A stretch of 63,953 bases of DNA, counting the filler, from Perkinsus chesapeaki ATCC PRA-425 (taxonomy: Eukaryota > Protista > Perkinsozoa): NCBI GenBank assembly GCA_013115145.1. It is 8 parts of 8 records of this genome, joined end to end, with 100 filler letters (N's around TTAATTAATTAA, not from the genome) between each part and the next. Parts side by side here need not be neighbours in the genome. Positions count along the whole stretch, not along the records: positions 9,105 to 27,742 come from JAAPAO010000657.1; positions 27,843 to 35,964 come from JAAPAO010000990.1; positions 36,065 to 56,766 come from JAAPAO010000613.1; 5 more parts are not named here. One strand, given 5' to 3'. Made by a program: the position numbers and the translations under genes. Below are positions 25,908-39,229 of this stretch, piece by piece (position 1 is the first letter of the stretch; each line of letters starts with the position of its first letter). The notes under the pieces were generated by a model that saw only the letters and a program-made list of their open reading frames with translations, did not search any database and was not told the origin of the DNA.

Positions 25908-28257
25908 TAGTCTCGTTCTAAATAAGTTTAATCTGACTTGCAACTTTTCGCCACGCCACCCGCGTAAAGGTACTCTTTCAGTTGGGTAGTGATACACTCT
26001 GATGGTAAAGGCATTAGGACCTTCGGTCGTCTACCTGAAGGCCTCACGAGTGCTTTGGAAGATGCAGCCACTTCCGGTGGTGGAATTGAAGTAGCTAAGA
26101 TCCTCCCCGATGCAGTAAGTTTGAAGCAACGGCTGCACCGAGCAGAAGAGTTTGCTAGCAGGATGTTCTCATATTGACAATCATTCATATAGAGTAACGG
26201 TCTCAGTTTTATAGTAGCTATGATTTCTTTTCCTCATAAAAACGGAGTGTCCAGTTTTTAGTACAAGTTCTCATATTTCCCTTCCTTGGTTCCTCAAATA
26301 CGCCATCGAGAGCTTCTTTGGACTTGGTAAGATCTTGTGTGCTGTCAGGCGCCCTACTACCAGGTGGTATCTCACAGTGGTCACTGTTATGGCATCATAG
26401 AAGGGGAGAAATGCTTAGAAGGCCTCGTTATTGAGAGAAGCGCGGATCTCAAGGTGTGCCGCAAGTAGACGTACTCAGTATAAGTGACCGACTATACCAA
26501 TAGAGAGCTTTCCAAGCCTTGCAGTAATTGGCCGTGGTGGTGATGTATTCAGATATTTTGGGATCGAGAAGGTGGGATATTCTACCGTAAAATACCGGCC
26601 TCCCTTGAAAGAGAGCTTCGCGGGCTTATTGTTTGCTGAAGCAACTACCGAGTTTTCTGCGTATCATCGAATGATTGCTCATGTCAACTTTATAGTAGAA
26701 CTGTTTATATATAACATGGAGCTTGATTGTTTCAATTAGCTTAGCTGATAGTTAGGCAGCTTTACTCTGCCTTTCTCTGTATAAAGCTACGACTCCCAGC
26801 GCGCTCCGAGCGTCGCTATGGAGAACTCAATGCCTCACTCAATCCTCAGCATCACATTCCTCGTGTCTACGCACTTTGATTCTTGTAGAATTTCATAGAA
26901 CGTCTACTACTGATCATTCTTTACCGCCGGTTCATCCACTGACGGGGAAAAGAAATACGTGAGTAAAGAAGGAATTTGGTTTTCGTATATTACTAGGGGT
27001 TCATGAGCAACTTATCGCTCATGTTAACTTTGGCAGCAACTGTTTATATATAATATGGAGAGAGCTCTGTTGTTTTCGATTAACTTTGCTAATAATTGAG
27101 CACCTTGACTTAAAGTCAAGTAAAGTCAATGACTTTACACAGCAACAGTCTCGACGAGACATTACCGTCTCATCTCAGGTGAAGCAATTAACAATTACTT
27201 CAAATTAACAACGTAACACAATTTTGACGCTGAAAGAAAGTTGTTTATCTGCGTGGCTCAGCTCGGATATCGAGAAAACATCAGATACGCCTTTACGGAG
27301 TTGCTAGTAATAGGCCTCCTACCATAGGAGATTAATACAAAAGATTGCTGACGGCAGAAGCATCAATAAGCGAAGTGTCCACATTATGGAGATGGTGAAC
27401 CAACGAAATAATATCGTTGCCCACCGAGGGTAATGTAAAGACTCGTCACAGTTGTGATTACCAAGTTAGTACGGCCATATCTACTCAAACGAAGCCACGG
27501 GCAAGTATACCTGACATTCCTCAGGAAAGCAGCGACTCTGTCACGGGGAACCAAGTCATAAGACTCGAACGGTAGAGAGGTACTTCTTTCCAGATCGAAC
27601 GATAATGGGGGAACGCTTCTACGACCACATGAAAGCGTCAACGTGGATTCGCCTTCCTCCTGAGCGGTGAAGTATGCCGGGTGCGCACCGCACCCGAAAG
27701 ACTAATGCCTGAGCACACAATCCCACCACAGCGCACAACGCTNNNNNNNNNNNNNNNNNNNNNNNNNNNNNNNNNNNNNNNNNNNNTTAATTAATTAANN
27801 NNNNNNNNNNNNNNNNNNNNNNNNNNNNNNNNNNNNNNNNNNCAGGAGCAGGAGCTAGATAGCTGCTTTCTGGTCCTGTGACTAGACTACAGGAGCAGGA
27901 GCTAGATAGCTGCTTCCTGGCACTGTATAGCATCACTCAGTGGGGAGGGAACGTTGGTGATACGTCAATGAGAGCTCTACTAGTAATTACTAATGTATGA
28001 TATAAATACTTATTATACATTGTGCCTATTCGTAGGCATTTTACTTATTATATACACACTACTATATATCATTGATGGTGGTATTATTAAAAGGGTTTAT
28101 AATAATGACATTGTTAAATAGACTTGCTTGTAGCAATATAATCGTAAAAGGATAAGATATTGTCATTTTTACCAAATATAAAGCTATTACGGAGAGTGGC
28201 ATAGGGTCGCGCGCCGTGAAATTCACAGGTCTCGGAGCCTTTTACGAACCTCTCTGG

Positions 28258-28735
28258 ATGCTGCGATGTGGCTCAGAATCGATTAAGTTGCTCCGTCGTC
28301 AAGTAAAGGAATTGAAGATGGAGTTGGCTCGAACTAAGGGACCGGAAAGCGCACAGGAGATGGAGAAGAGGTTGAGAATGCAGGAGATGGAGCAAAGATA
28401 TACTTCCTTGGAGAATACGGTACGAGGGGACAGAGGAGGAGGACATGAGCAGTTGTAGTTCGGGTGTACGAGGAACCTTCTGTGATGTACTTTATGGGAG
28501 AGTGTTTCTAGTGGGAACGCACTCGTTGGCTCGCCTGAGTTGACTTGTGACCCAGACGGTATGAATGCTCTCTCTCCTCCAGGTGCGAGATCTTCGGTCA
28601 TTACTATCGGAGCAGTTGAATAGAACAACACAGGCAGTGCAACAGGCTGGGTTCCAGGTGAAGGAACAGGAAAGGGTTGAGAAGGCAAAAAGGCCGAAGA
28701 ACCCATTTTGTAATGAGGAGAGGGGTTGGGGGTAA
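28258..28735 (+). CDS. Hypothetical coiled-coil protein (multi-exon, structure uncertain)
   Basis: Heptad-like segments LRRQVKELKMELAR...MEQRYTSLENT and VRDLRSLLSEQLNR...ERGWG*. Confidence 0.35.
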
Positions 28736-29070
28736 AAGCATTGTATTATATCTGTCTAATCTGATAATATTAATGAATTAATTAGATATTAACTAGTATT
28801 TATGGTATTATATACTTATCTATATATGTTATAGAAACCTGGGAGAAATTGGGGACACTTTCAGACAGATGTGAACCAATTGTAAATGATGATGGTGTAA
28901 TGTCTTTGTGACTTTGTCGTTGATGACCTTTGGAATCGAAAGTTCGTTTCCTCAGTCTGTGTGGGGAGATGGATGGGTACGGTAGAGGTGGGCGTAATGA
29001 AAACATATTATAGAACTCTATTGTACCTCCGCGCTCTGGGCATTGCATTTTTACGGGGTCGGACGAAGCC

Positions 29071-30150
29071 TTGGAGCTCAACTTGGTCAAATGCGCGTTG
29101 AACTGTTCAGGTCGTCACGGAGCGGACGATGTGTGTGAGTTCTGTGAAACAAGGAAAGCTCGTTATCTCGGCAGTGAGCCATCGCTGGCAGCTGGACCAC
29201 CGAGGAGTGGACAGATTTATGGAGGGAAGCAGCAGGGGAGGTATCAAGATTTATTAAGTGAAATGCAGAGTAAGTCTAAAGGATAGTTGGACCGCTCGCT
29301 GGCTGGAAAAGAGCTTTCGCGGAATGGCGGGAGGAGTTATTTTACGAAAGTTCACTGTGGAGGAGGAAAGGATAATGATGTTCCAGTGGACGGCGGTGCA
29401 CTGCTTGATCGGTATTTTACGTATTGAAGGCGTGCGTATCGGTTGTATTAATCGTGTAGCAATATATTATGCGTGGATATCTCATCTGTAGATAACTGTG
29501 ATCGATAATACTGTGTATTCATTTAATAGTAATAAAGTGTAATATTATATTATGAGGTTTAATCTCCTTGTTAATATGTCGGCAGTGGTGACACGTACAC
29601 ATTCCGAGTCGATGAAAGTGTTAATAGATACACTGTTGTCGTACCAGCAGTCGCTTGTTGATATGTTGAGCCAAAGGAAAGAGGATTTGAAGAAGAAGGA
29701 GAACGATAATAATGATGTAGTAGCCGAGGAGGAGGGGTCAAGTCGGGTGGTCGAAAGTGATGTGGGTAGAGGCCCTCGTTATCTGACCTGAGTGAAATGT
29801 ATGGGAAATTTCCCTTCCTTTGGAGTCGGTGAGTGAGGAAATTTCAAAGGTCATCATCATCATCACCGCCGAGTTGGCCTGAGTGGTTACTGCTGCTGTT
29901 GAAGAGAAAGGGGTATCCTCGGTACGGTATAGTCCTGTTTGGTATAGAATAGATTGGGAAGCGGCCGAACGTTGGTGTGTTTGACAGGAACTTAAAGAGG
30001 CCCAGGATAGGCGGAAGGGTATAGAGGAGGCGGAGAAGAAGAAGATGGCTGATAAGGCAGCAGCTGCCAAGGAGTTGGAGGATGAGTATAATAAAGCTAA
30101 AAAGGATTATGATAAGCTGTGGGGGAAGAGCGCTGATTTAAGCCCAAGTA
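29071..30150 (+). other. Exon-like charged segments, possibly 5' exons of the downstream P/Q-rich gene
   Basis: Open purine-rich segments separated by AT-rich intron-like DNA with GTAAG donors (e.g. about 29270). Confidence 0.3.
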
Positions 30151-30469
30151 ATGCAGGAGAGAGGGAGCCTAGGCTAGTACTACCATGAGGGGGGCAGGTG
30201 CAGGTGGTCGATTAATTTCGCGTTGCTGGATTTAGTGTAGGTGGAGCAGTTGAATATAAATAGTTAATTAGATAGTTACGTGATTGTGCGGTAGAGTGTG
30301 GATTTAGTTTCGCGTTGCTGTTTTCTTCTGAGTGGAGGATAATGAAGAATGTAGTGATGATGTTATCTGACCGGAAATCGATAGCTGACAGACACCATTT
30401 GACCTGCGAGTCGGAGCTATTATATTGTGACTCAAATAGGATGCCGCAGTTATCACTTAACTTCGTAGG

Positions 30470-33310
30470 GACATTGGCATTAGCAAGTGCAAATGAGGGT
30501 AGAACAGCGGCAGAGGCAGCAGCAAAGCAACAGGCCGAGGCGCAACAGAAGGCTAAGTAATATAGGGAGGAGGGGGTCCGTAGTTAGGATGCGGATTTGG
30601 ATATCTTCGATCGATTAAAAAGATAATCGAGACTGTATGAATGTTGGAAGGGAACTGTGTTATGTGTTATAGAGGGCGTTTTAGGGAGCAAGAGGAGAAG
30701 GCTAAGTCATTCGAGCGTCAAGCTAGGAAGGCCGCTGGTGGAGGTGACCAGAAGAGTGATGGTAAAGCTGCTAAGAAGAGTAGTAGTAATCAGCAGCAGC
30801 AGAAGGCAACTACTACTGATAAGAGCAAACTACCGAAGGGTGGCAAGGGAAAAGCTGCTGCACCTTCTGTGGAGAGCGATAGTGAAGACTCCGATGATGT
30901 AGGTCGGGGGGGGGGTGTGAAAAGAGTTAGAGGAAAGGTGGTCGGAGCTAGGGCTGAAGGTGATGGAATTTAGTAGAACATATCGCTATAGTAAATGGGG
31001 GAGGGAGGGTATCGTCCTTCTTTAGAGTGACGTATTGGCTAGAGTGATGGCGAGAGGAGATGGTGAAGATCAAGACTTGGCGGCAAATGTGCAGATGGCA
31101 GAGTTGAGGAGACATCAACAGGCTGAGATAGAGAAGCAACAGAATACTTTAAACGAGCAAAGACAAGCTATTGAGGTGAGGTGTCACAAGGAGGTCATCA
31201 GCTCGGCCTGGCTTACGGATGAGCGCGTTTGTTTCTGCTTGACCGTTTTACCATCACGATTCGGCTGTTCTTGGTGCATAACCGAGGAAATGTCGGGTAG
31301 TCATTATTTGCCATTAGTATGACTAGGAAAGGGAGTCGCGGGCATTGGAGGATCCGACTTGAAGTTGATGATGTTATCTTTATTAGGAGCAAAAAGCCGA
31401 ACTGTTGAAGTTGCAAGAGTCTCTCAAGGCTCAGCTCGTACCGCAGGGCCAGCAGCCACCACCAGCTACTGCCGCCGTCGCCAGCTCAAGTGGGGGAGAC
31501 GATGGTGAAGAAGAGGATGATGACGATGAAGAGAGACCAGGAGGCGCACCACGGACGTCGGGCCAGCAACAGCAGTCACAGTGGACCCGCGCTCCGCCGG
31601 CGCCAGTAGCTCCTGGTCCTCCGGCGAAGGGCCCCGTGTATCAAACGTCGATGCAGTCGACTGGGTCGTGGGTGCCGGGAAGACCAGATGATCGGGAACG
31701 GTATAATCAGCAGCAAGGTGGAGGAGTGCCAGTTGTGAATGCTGTACTAGTGCCACCGGAAAAAGTGGTGGATGGTCAGCAGGGAGGGGTAAGCCAATGA
31801 TCGGGGGGAGTATGAGAACTTTGGTAACCAGTCATTGAAGGAAGATAAGTAGTATTTTATCCACCTTTATTTCAAAATGGAGGATACGAATTATTTCTTC
31901 TTACTTTCTCCCATCGCTGTCCAGTGGGGCGCTTAGAGCTGTAGCCTGACCTCGTGCCTGATACATTTTAGGATCCTTCAATTCATCTTAGAGTGAATAT
32001 TCGGAATGAGGGCTTCAGTAGCGCACCGCACTATCGTGTGGCGGGTGCTGGTTCCTCTGCGGTGAAATTGTGTAGAACGCTTATCTGCCTTGATCAGATC
32101 ACTACAATTGAAGTTCGACCATTCTGACACCTCTAGCTGTTGTACTTCAGGCCTCATCACCTTCGTATGCCGCCGTAGCGAGCGGGGCATCAGCAGCCCC
32201 TCCTCCTCCTACCCCACCGCAGCAGCGTTACGCCCCGCAAGGGTATCAAATGCCACCACCAGACTACTATCAACAACAACAGGGAGGCTACACCATCCCA
32301 CAGGTGAGCAGGTACAGGGAAGGGAACGAATCTAGGAGTTATAGAGAAGCATCTGGTCTAGGATCATATTTTCTAGTGATATTTCCACTGCATCTTCTTT
32401 GTATTCGTAGCACTTCCTTTTTGAAAAGGACCTTCCCGTGAAGCTGTTTGATGACTCCGTGTTCCTAGTGATGAGTTTTCTGTAGGCTCAAGTGCCGATG
32501 CCACCGCCTAGAAATCTGAGGGTTCCGACGCCAGATCTGCCGCAGAGGCAACAACAACAACAAAGTGAGAGGAATGCCGGATGAGCTGTTGATGAGGTTG
32601 ATTGGTCAGATGCACCGCCGCAGGGGTATGCTCAGCCAGCACAGCAAGCTCCAAGGCCAGCTACTGTCACGACACCTTCTCCACCGAGGTTCCCCAGGGT
32701 ACCGTTTGTTGGGGCTAGGAAAACAAGCACGAGGACTAGTAGTGGTGATGCTACTAGACAGCAGCAACAGGTGGGGAGGCATGTGGGCCGATTGCAGTGA
32801 TAGATACCAATAATCAGCTAACGGATGAAATAGGCCTTCGTTCCCCCGACTACCTCATAGTTGTTAGATCCCTGTATACTACTTAGCTCGTAACTTCACC
32901 GATCCATATTCTTCTTACGGAGTCGACTCTCGGTGAGAACTGCAACTGCAATTTACAGTTGCAAACACGGTTACAGTATAATACTAAACTTCATTTTCCA
33001 GAGCTTTGATAGTCACTTCGAGTGTGTTACTGACCAACAGGGGGCTACTATACATTCAGGTGCCCCCTCCCCAGCCATCCAGGCCGGCAGCAGCAGCTCC
33101 GTCTACTCCTACTCCCGTTGCCCCTGCCACTGAACCTTCTAGAGTACCTGGCTTGAGGCGAAAGGTAACTTAATAACGATCGGAAGCTTCGACAAGTGTG
33201 ATGTTGCATTTTAGTTGACTGGCAATCTTAGTGCAGCGAAGGGATGGCCTGGCGCCGAGACGCAAGCGGCGCCGGCTGATTCAGAGTTCAAATGGCCCCA
33301 GCAACAATAA
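30470..33310 (+). CDS. Hypothetical low-complexity Q/P/K/E-rich protein (multi-exon)
   Basis: Successive open exons (AAEAAAKQQAEAQQK; REQEEKAKSFERQARK; QQPPPATAAVASSSGGDDGEEED; MPPPDYYQQQQGG; ...EFKWPQQQ*) bounded by GT/AG. Start not resolved. Confidence 0.5.
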
Positions 33311-33551
33311 TGACCTGTCCGTCGCTCGCCTTCGTTTTTAATGGAGTTTGATATACTTGCAGCTTCCTCTCATTCAGTAAAGAATTTTGTGGCGCAGTGA
33401 CGCTGACAGGTTGGTGCAGCGGCATAGGCTCCTTAACTGCTATCAGCATTTACAATTCCTTTCCTTATTTTCTGTTGAGTTTTGTGACGAAATCGGTATG
33501 GGAATTTCCGGAAATTTTCTAAGTCGTTATTTTCCAGTTCCCCCCTCTAGG

Positions 33552-34182
33552 ATGTCAAAAGACGTTTCTCTCAATGATCTAGATGCGCAACTAGCCGCAC
33601 TGGAGGCTTCGGACAGCAGCAGCAGTGACGATGAGGAGGAGGTGAGCGTGGTGATATTTCCTGAGAGAAGTTTATTTTTAGGTCGCTCCGGTCCGTGGCA
33701 AGAAGAGAGAATTAGACGACGAGACGAAGGCTCAGGAGAAGCTGTCGAATAAAGTGCTGCGAAAGAAAATGCGACAAGGCCTGTCAAACTTGTGTTTTTC
33801 CTATCTGACCGGGAGCTGCAAGTTCGACGAAATGGGGAAGCCGTGCTTGTTCAGTCATGTGAAACCCGAGGAGATGACCGATGCTGATAGGACTGAGTTG
33901 ATACGAGACCTTCGGCACCGGAAGAAGTTTGATCCGGCCCTCGCGAAGGTGGCGCAAAATCTCAATATCCCTATGTGCAGAATGTACAAGAAGACCGGTC
34001 AGTGCAAACAGGGCGAGAAGTGCAAATTCTGGCACTTACGCAATGAGCTCGACGCTCGGTGGAAGGGTATGGATTATTGGTGCGGGGTTTGCTATTTGGG
34101 GTTCACCTCCAAAGAGCAGCTAGAAGACCACAAGAAAGGTAAAACGCACAAAGCGAATTCCTCCTGGCAGCCACAGTGGTGA
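33552..34182 (+). CDS. Zinc-finger protein: two CCCH fingers plus a U1/matrin-like C2H2 finger (one intron)
   Basis: CFSYLTGSC...CLFSH; CRMYKKTGQCKQGEKCKFWH (C-x8-C-x5-C-x3-H); WCGVCYLGFTSKEQLEDHKKGKTH. Intron after DDEEE with a GTGAG donor. Confidence 0.85.
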
Positions 34183-34281
34183 CATTTCCTTATTGTTCCT
34201 ATGTAACTATTCACGTATCATCGAATGAGTTGGACTTGCGTTCTGTAGTGGTGGGAAACGTATCAGCTATAACTTGACTCG

Positions 34282-35526
34282 ATGACGCTCGACGATGAGA
34301 ACCTCCGGCAAAGAGCGAACGAAATCATGCAGGAAATAATAGATGATGAGTCAAACGACTCTGACGATAGTCGACACGTTGTGAGCATGCTGCCGCAGCT
34401 GCGCTCAAAGATAACAATTGAAGCGGCTAGAGCCGTCTACGATGAGGCATGGGCGGCCATCCACAGCGGGCATTATACCAAGGTGCATCATGGATGCAGG
34501 GAAGCCTTCGCTGTTGCCGCCAGCTGTTTGGCTGTTTTAGAGAGATCCACGTTCTATGCAGATATGGGCATAATGATAGGAGGACCTTTAACTCGGAGTT
34601 ACGACTTGTTGCAGAGCATCTGCAGTGCGATCAATGCTGGCGACGATGTAGACGATGAGAAAGAGAAACGCAGTAGGCGGGCATTCCCAATGGGCAAGGA
34701 GAAGCTCCCGGATATCAAGCATCCTGTTGAGGAGCTAGAGGTGTCAGAATTCTCTTTTGAGAGGTTCTTGACGGAGTATTTCATCCCACAGAAGCCAGTG
34801 AAAATCCGAGGCCTTGTTTCGAACTGGCCGGGAGTGAGCTCTTGGGCGGATCCGGATCACTGGACAGGCAGAAAGTTTGGTGAGCGGCTCGTCCCCATAG
34901 AAGTAGGTGGCTATATGAGTTCGAACTACAGCCAACAATTGATGAAGCTGAAGGACTACGTAGAGGAGCATCTTATGAGGGGATCTGCTGAGGTGGGCGA
35001 TGATGACCAGCGAGTTGCGTATTTGGCGGAATACGAGATATTCAATCAACTGAGGGAATTGGAGGATGAAGTCCAACCAGTACCGGATGCTTGCTTCACT
35101 GGAGAGAAGGGGATTGTCAGACGACTATTGTTTTTCGGACCGGCGGGGACGGCCTCTCCAACTCACAGAGATGTCAACGACAATATACTTTGCCAGGTAC
35201 CAGAACCTTGAGCTGTTCTGCGGACTACCGCTTGAAAACGTCGTGTCTCAACTTAGGTGCTTGGCTGCAAGTATCTCCGGTTGTTCAGTCCCTCACGAGA
35301 GGAGTGCCTGTACCCTCTTCACCGTGGAATTCTTACTAATAATTCGACCCTTCCCACTGACATCACGACAGAGTTTATCGATCCCGAGAAGTATCCGTTG
35401 TATTCCAAGGCCGTTTACTCTGAGGTCGTCCTTAATGCTGGGGATGCCCTGTTTTTGCCGAGCAATTGGTGGCACTTTGTGAAAAGCTATCAAGTAACCG
35501 CTAGCATTGCACACTTCTTCTGTTAA
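34282..35526 (+). CDS. JmjC-domain 2-oxoglutarate/Fe(II) oxygenase, JMJD5/KDM8-like; intron 35197-35256
   Basis: QKPVKIRGLVSNWP, RLVPIEVG, YLAEYEIFNQL, GTASPTHRD (HxD), CQ|VLGCKYLRLF, DALFLPSNWWHFVKS (distal His). Confidence 0.93.
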
Positions 35527-36247
35527 CATTTATGCCCCTCATCGTTAACGGCGTTTAGTTCGTGGAAGTGGTTGATAACCGTCATCACTGATGACTCATC
35601 AGTGATGACTCATCGTCTATAGTCTTGACCGCATACTACATTGATCCACTTGGTGTGGATATAATGGTGATGCTGTATAAGAAATATTGCTTGTCAATTG
35701 GTGAAGACTGATGATGACTGATGGCCTGTAGCTGATGAAGTGGGGAACAGATTCAAGATCAGCATCATCAGGAATAGTTACACAGTAACTCTCAGCAAAC
35801 AACGGGGGACAGTTGAGAATTGCATCATCCATTCTGCATGATCTCTTCCTCGATCTACTTCTACATTTATCGTGCCTGATCGCTGAGTGACGTGTGCAGA
35901 TCATCGGTCATGATATAAACGCAATATTGAAGAGTAAAGGGTAATGATGAATCTAGTAGTTAATNNNNNNNNNNNNNNNNNNNNNNNNNNNNNNNNNNNN
36001 NNNNNNNNTTAATTAATTAANNNNNNNNNNNNNNNNNNNNNNNNNNNNNNNNNNNNNNNNNNNNTGAGATAGGGAACGTCGGGTTTACCTTTTGTCAGCT
36101 TTACGACTCTCCACCTTCTCGGCTAGCCTCTCTACTTCCCCTCCAAGCGGGCGTGCGAACGTCTAACTGCGTCTTTCTTGCAACGCTTCACACCCGCGAC
36201 CGCGCAGCGCATTTAAAATGCCGCATTTTAGTTCTGCCAATTTTCAA

Positions 36248-36409
36248 GGTTTCCCTCTTCTCCTTCGGGTTTTTGGTTTCCCTCTTCTCCTTCGGGTTTT
36301 TGGTTTCCCTCTTCTCCTTCGGGTTTTTGGTTTCCCTCTCCTCCTTCGGGTTTTTGGTTTCCCTCTTCTCCTTCGGGTTTTTGGTTTCCCTCTTCTCCTC
36401 CGGGTTTCG
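36248..36409. repeat. 27 bp minisatellite (ggtttccctcttctccttcgggttttt), 6 copies
   Basis: Direct head-to-tail units. Confidence 0.95.
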
Positions 36410-39229
36410 GGTTGCCTTGTCCTCGCCAACCAGTGTACTAACTCAACCACGTTAACGACCTCTAGTATTAACATACTATTCGAATCTGCAGTTATCATTT
36501 TTTAGTAATCTAGTAAGTAATCTCACTTTTCCATCAGCTTGTTGTATAACTGAGTGTCATACCAGTACTGCGACGGCAAATGGAGGCCAGCCCTTTTCTC
36601 ACGCCGGAGCTCTCTCCGCACAGTAAAGGACAAGCCGGGGTTCTTAATGACGGATTTGGGGCGGGGGCGATCGTTCATCGTGAGAAAAAAACCTGCAGCA
36701 AAAAGCTACCTCATGTGTACGTAGACCCGAGCACTTGGCTCTGGGGTTGCCATTAAGTAAAACTTTACTGCAATAACAAACGCCCAAGAAAACTCCGAGT
36801 TCTCGGAGCACAAGGTAATTCTGACAGCACAACAATAAAATAATATTTTGCGGAAACCAATACCAAACTCAAGACCCTGAGGTGTGGGGGGTGTAACCGG
36901 CGCCGAGATAAAGCACGGCTGAATGTCGGCATGACCAGGCACAAGGGTGGACTAGAGCAAAACTACTCTTAGAATAGCAGGCATTGATAAAGCTGAGCTC
37001 CATCATCACCAATGTGAACTGGTCTCCTCCAAGCGGGAGTGGTGAGGTAAGAAAAATACGATGAAGGATGGAGTTATAGAAACAGAGAAAACTTTCGGAG
37101 CTATGACAAAGCTTAGTGTCACAAAAGGAAACTGTCCCCAAGAAGTGGGACAATACTAAGTGCTTCGCACACAAAAAAATGGACTGGTTTCATTTTCGTC
37201 AGTTTTACTGGCATTAACTCTCGTTAACTTATTCAATGACGTATGTGCGGCGAAATCTGCGGATAATGCGACGAGAACAAGGTGCGAATAAAACCGTTTC
37301 TCATTACCTTGAGAATTCCCCTTAATTTATTTTTGGGCGCGCGAGTTTTACACCTTGATTTTTCCCCAATTGCCTTGAGAATTCCCTATTACCCGAAAGA
37401 GAAATAAATCGAAAACTGTTCAATGAGGGGGAGATTCTAAAGTCCCGGTTCCCAGAGATGGGTGGACTGACTCGTAGAAGTGTGTGGGCCGAGGGACCGC
37501 TCAATTTATCCGTTGGGTCAAATTTCTGAGAAGTGATACTTTTTGGAAAACCGTCTGCTGATACGTTTAGTACCAATAGCCTCGCATTCCCTCGATGTTC
37601 ATTAAATCAATTCTGGGATTCAGAATTGATCCTAGGATCGGATTTTGGGTGCGAAAAGCAGTTCTGGAATCGATTCTGAATTTCAGAATCGGTTTGTTGA
37701 ACGACCTCTTCAACTTTGGAAACGTTTCTGAAATCGATTTTATAAATCGCGTCTATTGAACGCTGGTCGGAATCGTTGCTAGAATCGATTCCAGAAACGC
37801 TCTCTTATTCTGAAAAGTGCGTTCGTTGAACAGGTTCTCAGAATCGTATTCTGGCACGATTCCAGGATCACCGTTTATTGGTCGGTCAATGAGTCCTTGA
37901 GAAATAGCAAACCTTGGCACTAAACCGACCATGTAACTAAATTTCGACGAAAATGTCACTATTTTCATGACGTGAGCCAGTCTTGGGCTATCGGATACGC
38001 CTCCAAAATCTTGAATTCACCTGACCGTAACAATGAGCTATGTAGTGATGACACGCATGAAGATTGACCGGACTTTCGCTATGTAGGCGACCACGTACAC
38101 TTACTGCTATTCTATTACACGAGGCTCTCCGATAGGCCTCTACTGAAACTCAAGAGCCCTCCCAGGAGACGAAACGGGTGAACCGAGCAACATCCAAAAT
38201 AATTTCGAAACGTGCTGCGGTTTATTGAGCGGCCCGATCGTTACATAGTAAGGCTTTTTCGCAACATAACTACAATAACCAATTTTTTGTATTATGACCT
38301 TGTTGCCATTGCGTGCTCTGGCACTGGTTGACAGAAGTTAATAGATTCTAGCCGGGGCATTCCGCCTTTAATGCAGTACCTTTCTTATAGGGCTATAGGC
38401 ACATTATCCCAGATTCACTGCGGCACTATACAGGACCAAAATGTGTAAAATGTGCGTTGATTACCTTCCTATAAAAGGACCTGTCCAATTGGTCTCTGAG
38501 GAAGCCTGGCGGGATAACGATCCGGATTAAGAATTATCTCTATCCACCATGACTCTTCAACGGCTAACAAGTTTCTACTCCCTTCGTTCTTTCTGCACCG
38601 CTGGACCGGGAATCGCCGCAGCGGGAGCGCATGGGGCAGCGACGGGACATACGTTGAAGACACGATCGAAAGCACAACAGAAAATTATGGAGTGAGTTAG
38701 CGGAAGGTCCACGTGGATCTTGGCTCAGTTGGAAAAAATCGCTATTTTGTGAATTTTCCCCCGATTTTTTTGACTACCGTGCAGGAATTGACACACTGTT
38801 ACGAGTGCGTTGCACAGTGTAGTGGGACACCAAAAACTATGCAGGTTCTTTCGTATTCTTGAATACTTTCAATTTGAAAATATCAAACTCGAAATTCTTG
38901 ACGTACGAGTTACGGTCGAAGAGAAAGTGACCAGTGGCTGTCGAGTAGCTTCTGGCGATTGTTTTTGGCGCTTGTCGTCGATTGCTTCCCGGTAACCTTC
39001 ACCTAGTCCCTCGATCCGGAAGGCATCACTGAGGGGTGGGACAATACAACGACTCCCCACTTGTCAGTAGTGCTTGCATTTCAGCAGCACTGCTAAGGTT
39101 GAATAGGACGTATATCGGCTATTGTCCGTTCCTACTGGACTCGCTTTGACTTGGTAAAGACTCTAGAGGCAATACTATTGCCTCTATTGCCGCAATAGAC
39201 TATCGCTACCTCGATCATATCGGGACGAC

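Noticed and set aside
36153-36505. ORFs with VSLFSFGFL, FPLLLRVFG or KPKTRRRRG repeats (protamine-like)
   Set aside because: The 27 bp unit is a multiple of three and stop-free in several frames, so ORFs arise automatically. No splice or domain support.
38717-38727. ATCTTGGCTCA, an 11 nt match to the 3' part of the spliced leader
   Set aside because: Short enough to be expected by chance in 64 kb once all possible sub-matches are counted.
37900-39060. Gene divergent from GUF1 on the minus strand
   Set aside because: Only short exon-like pieces; no coherent reading frame could be assembled.
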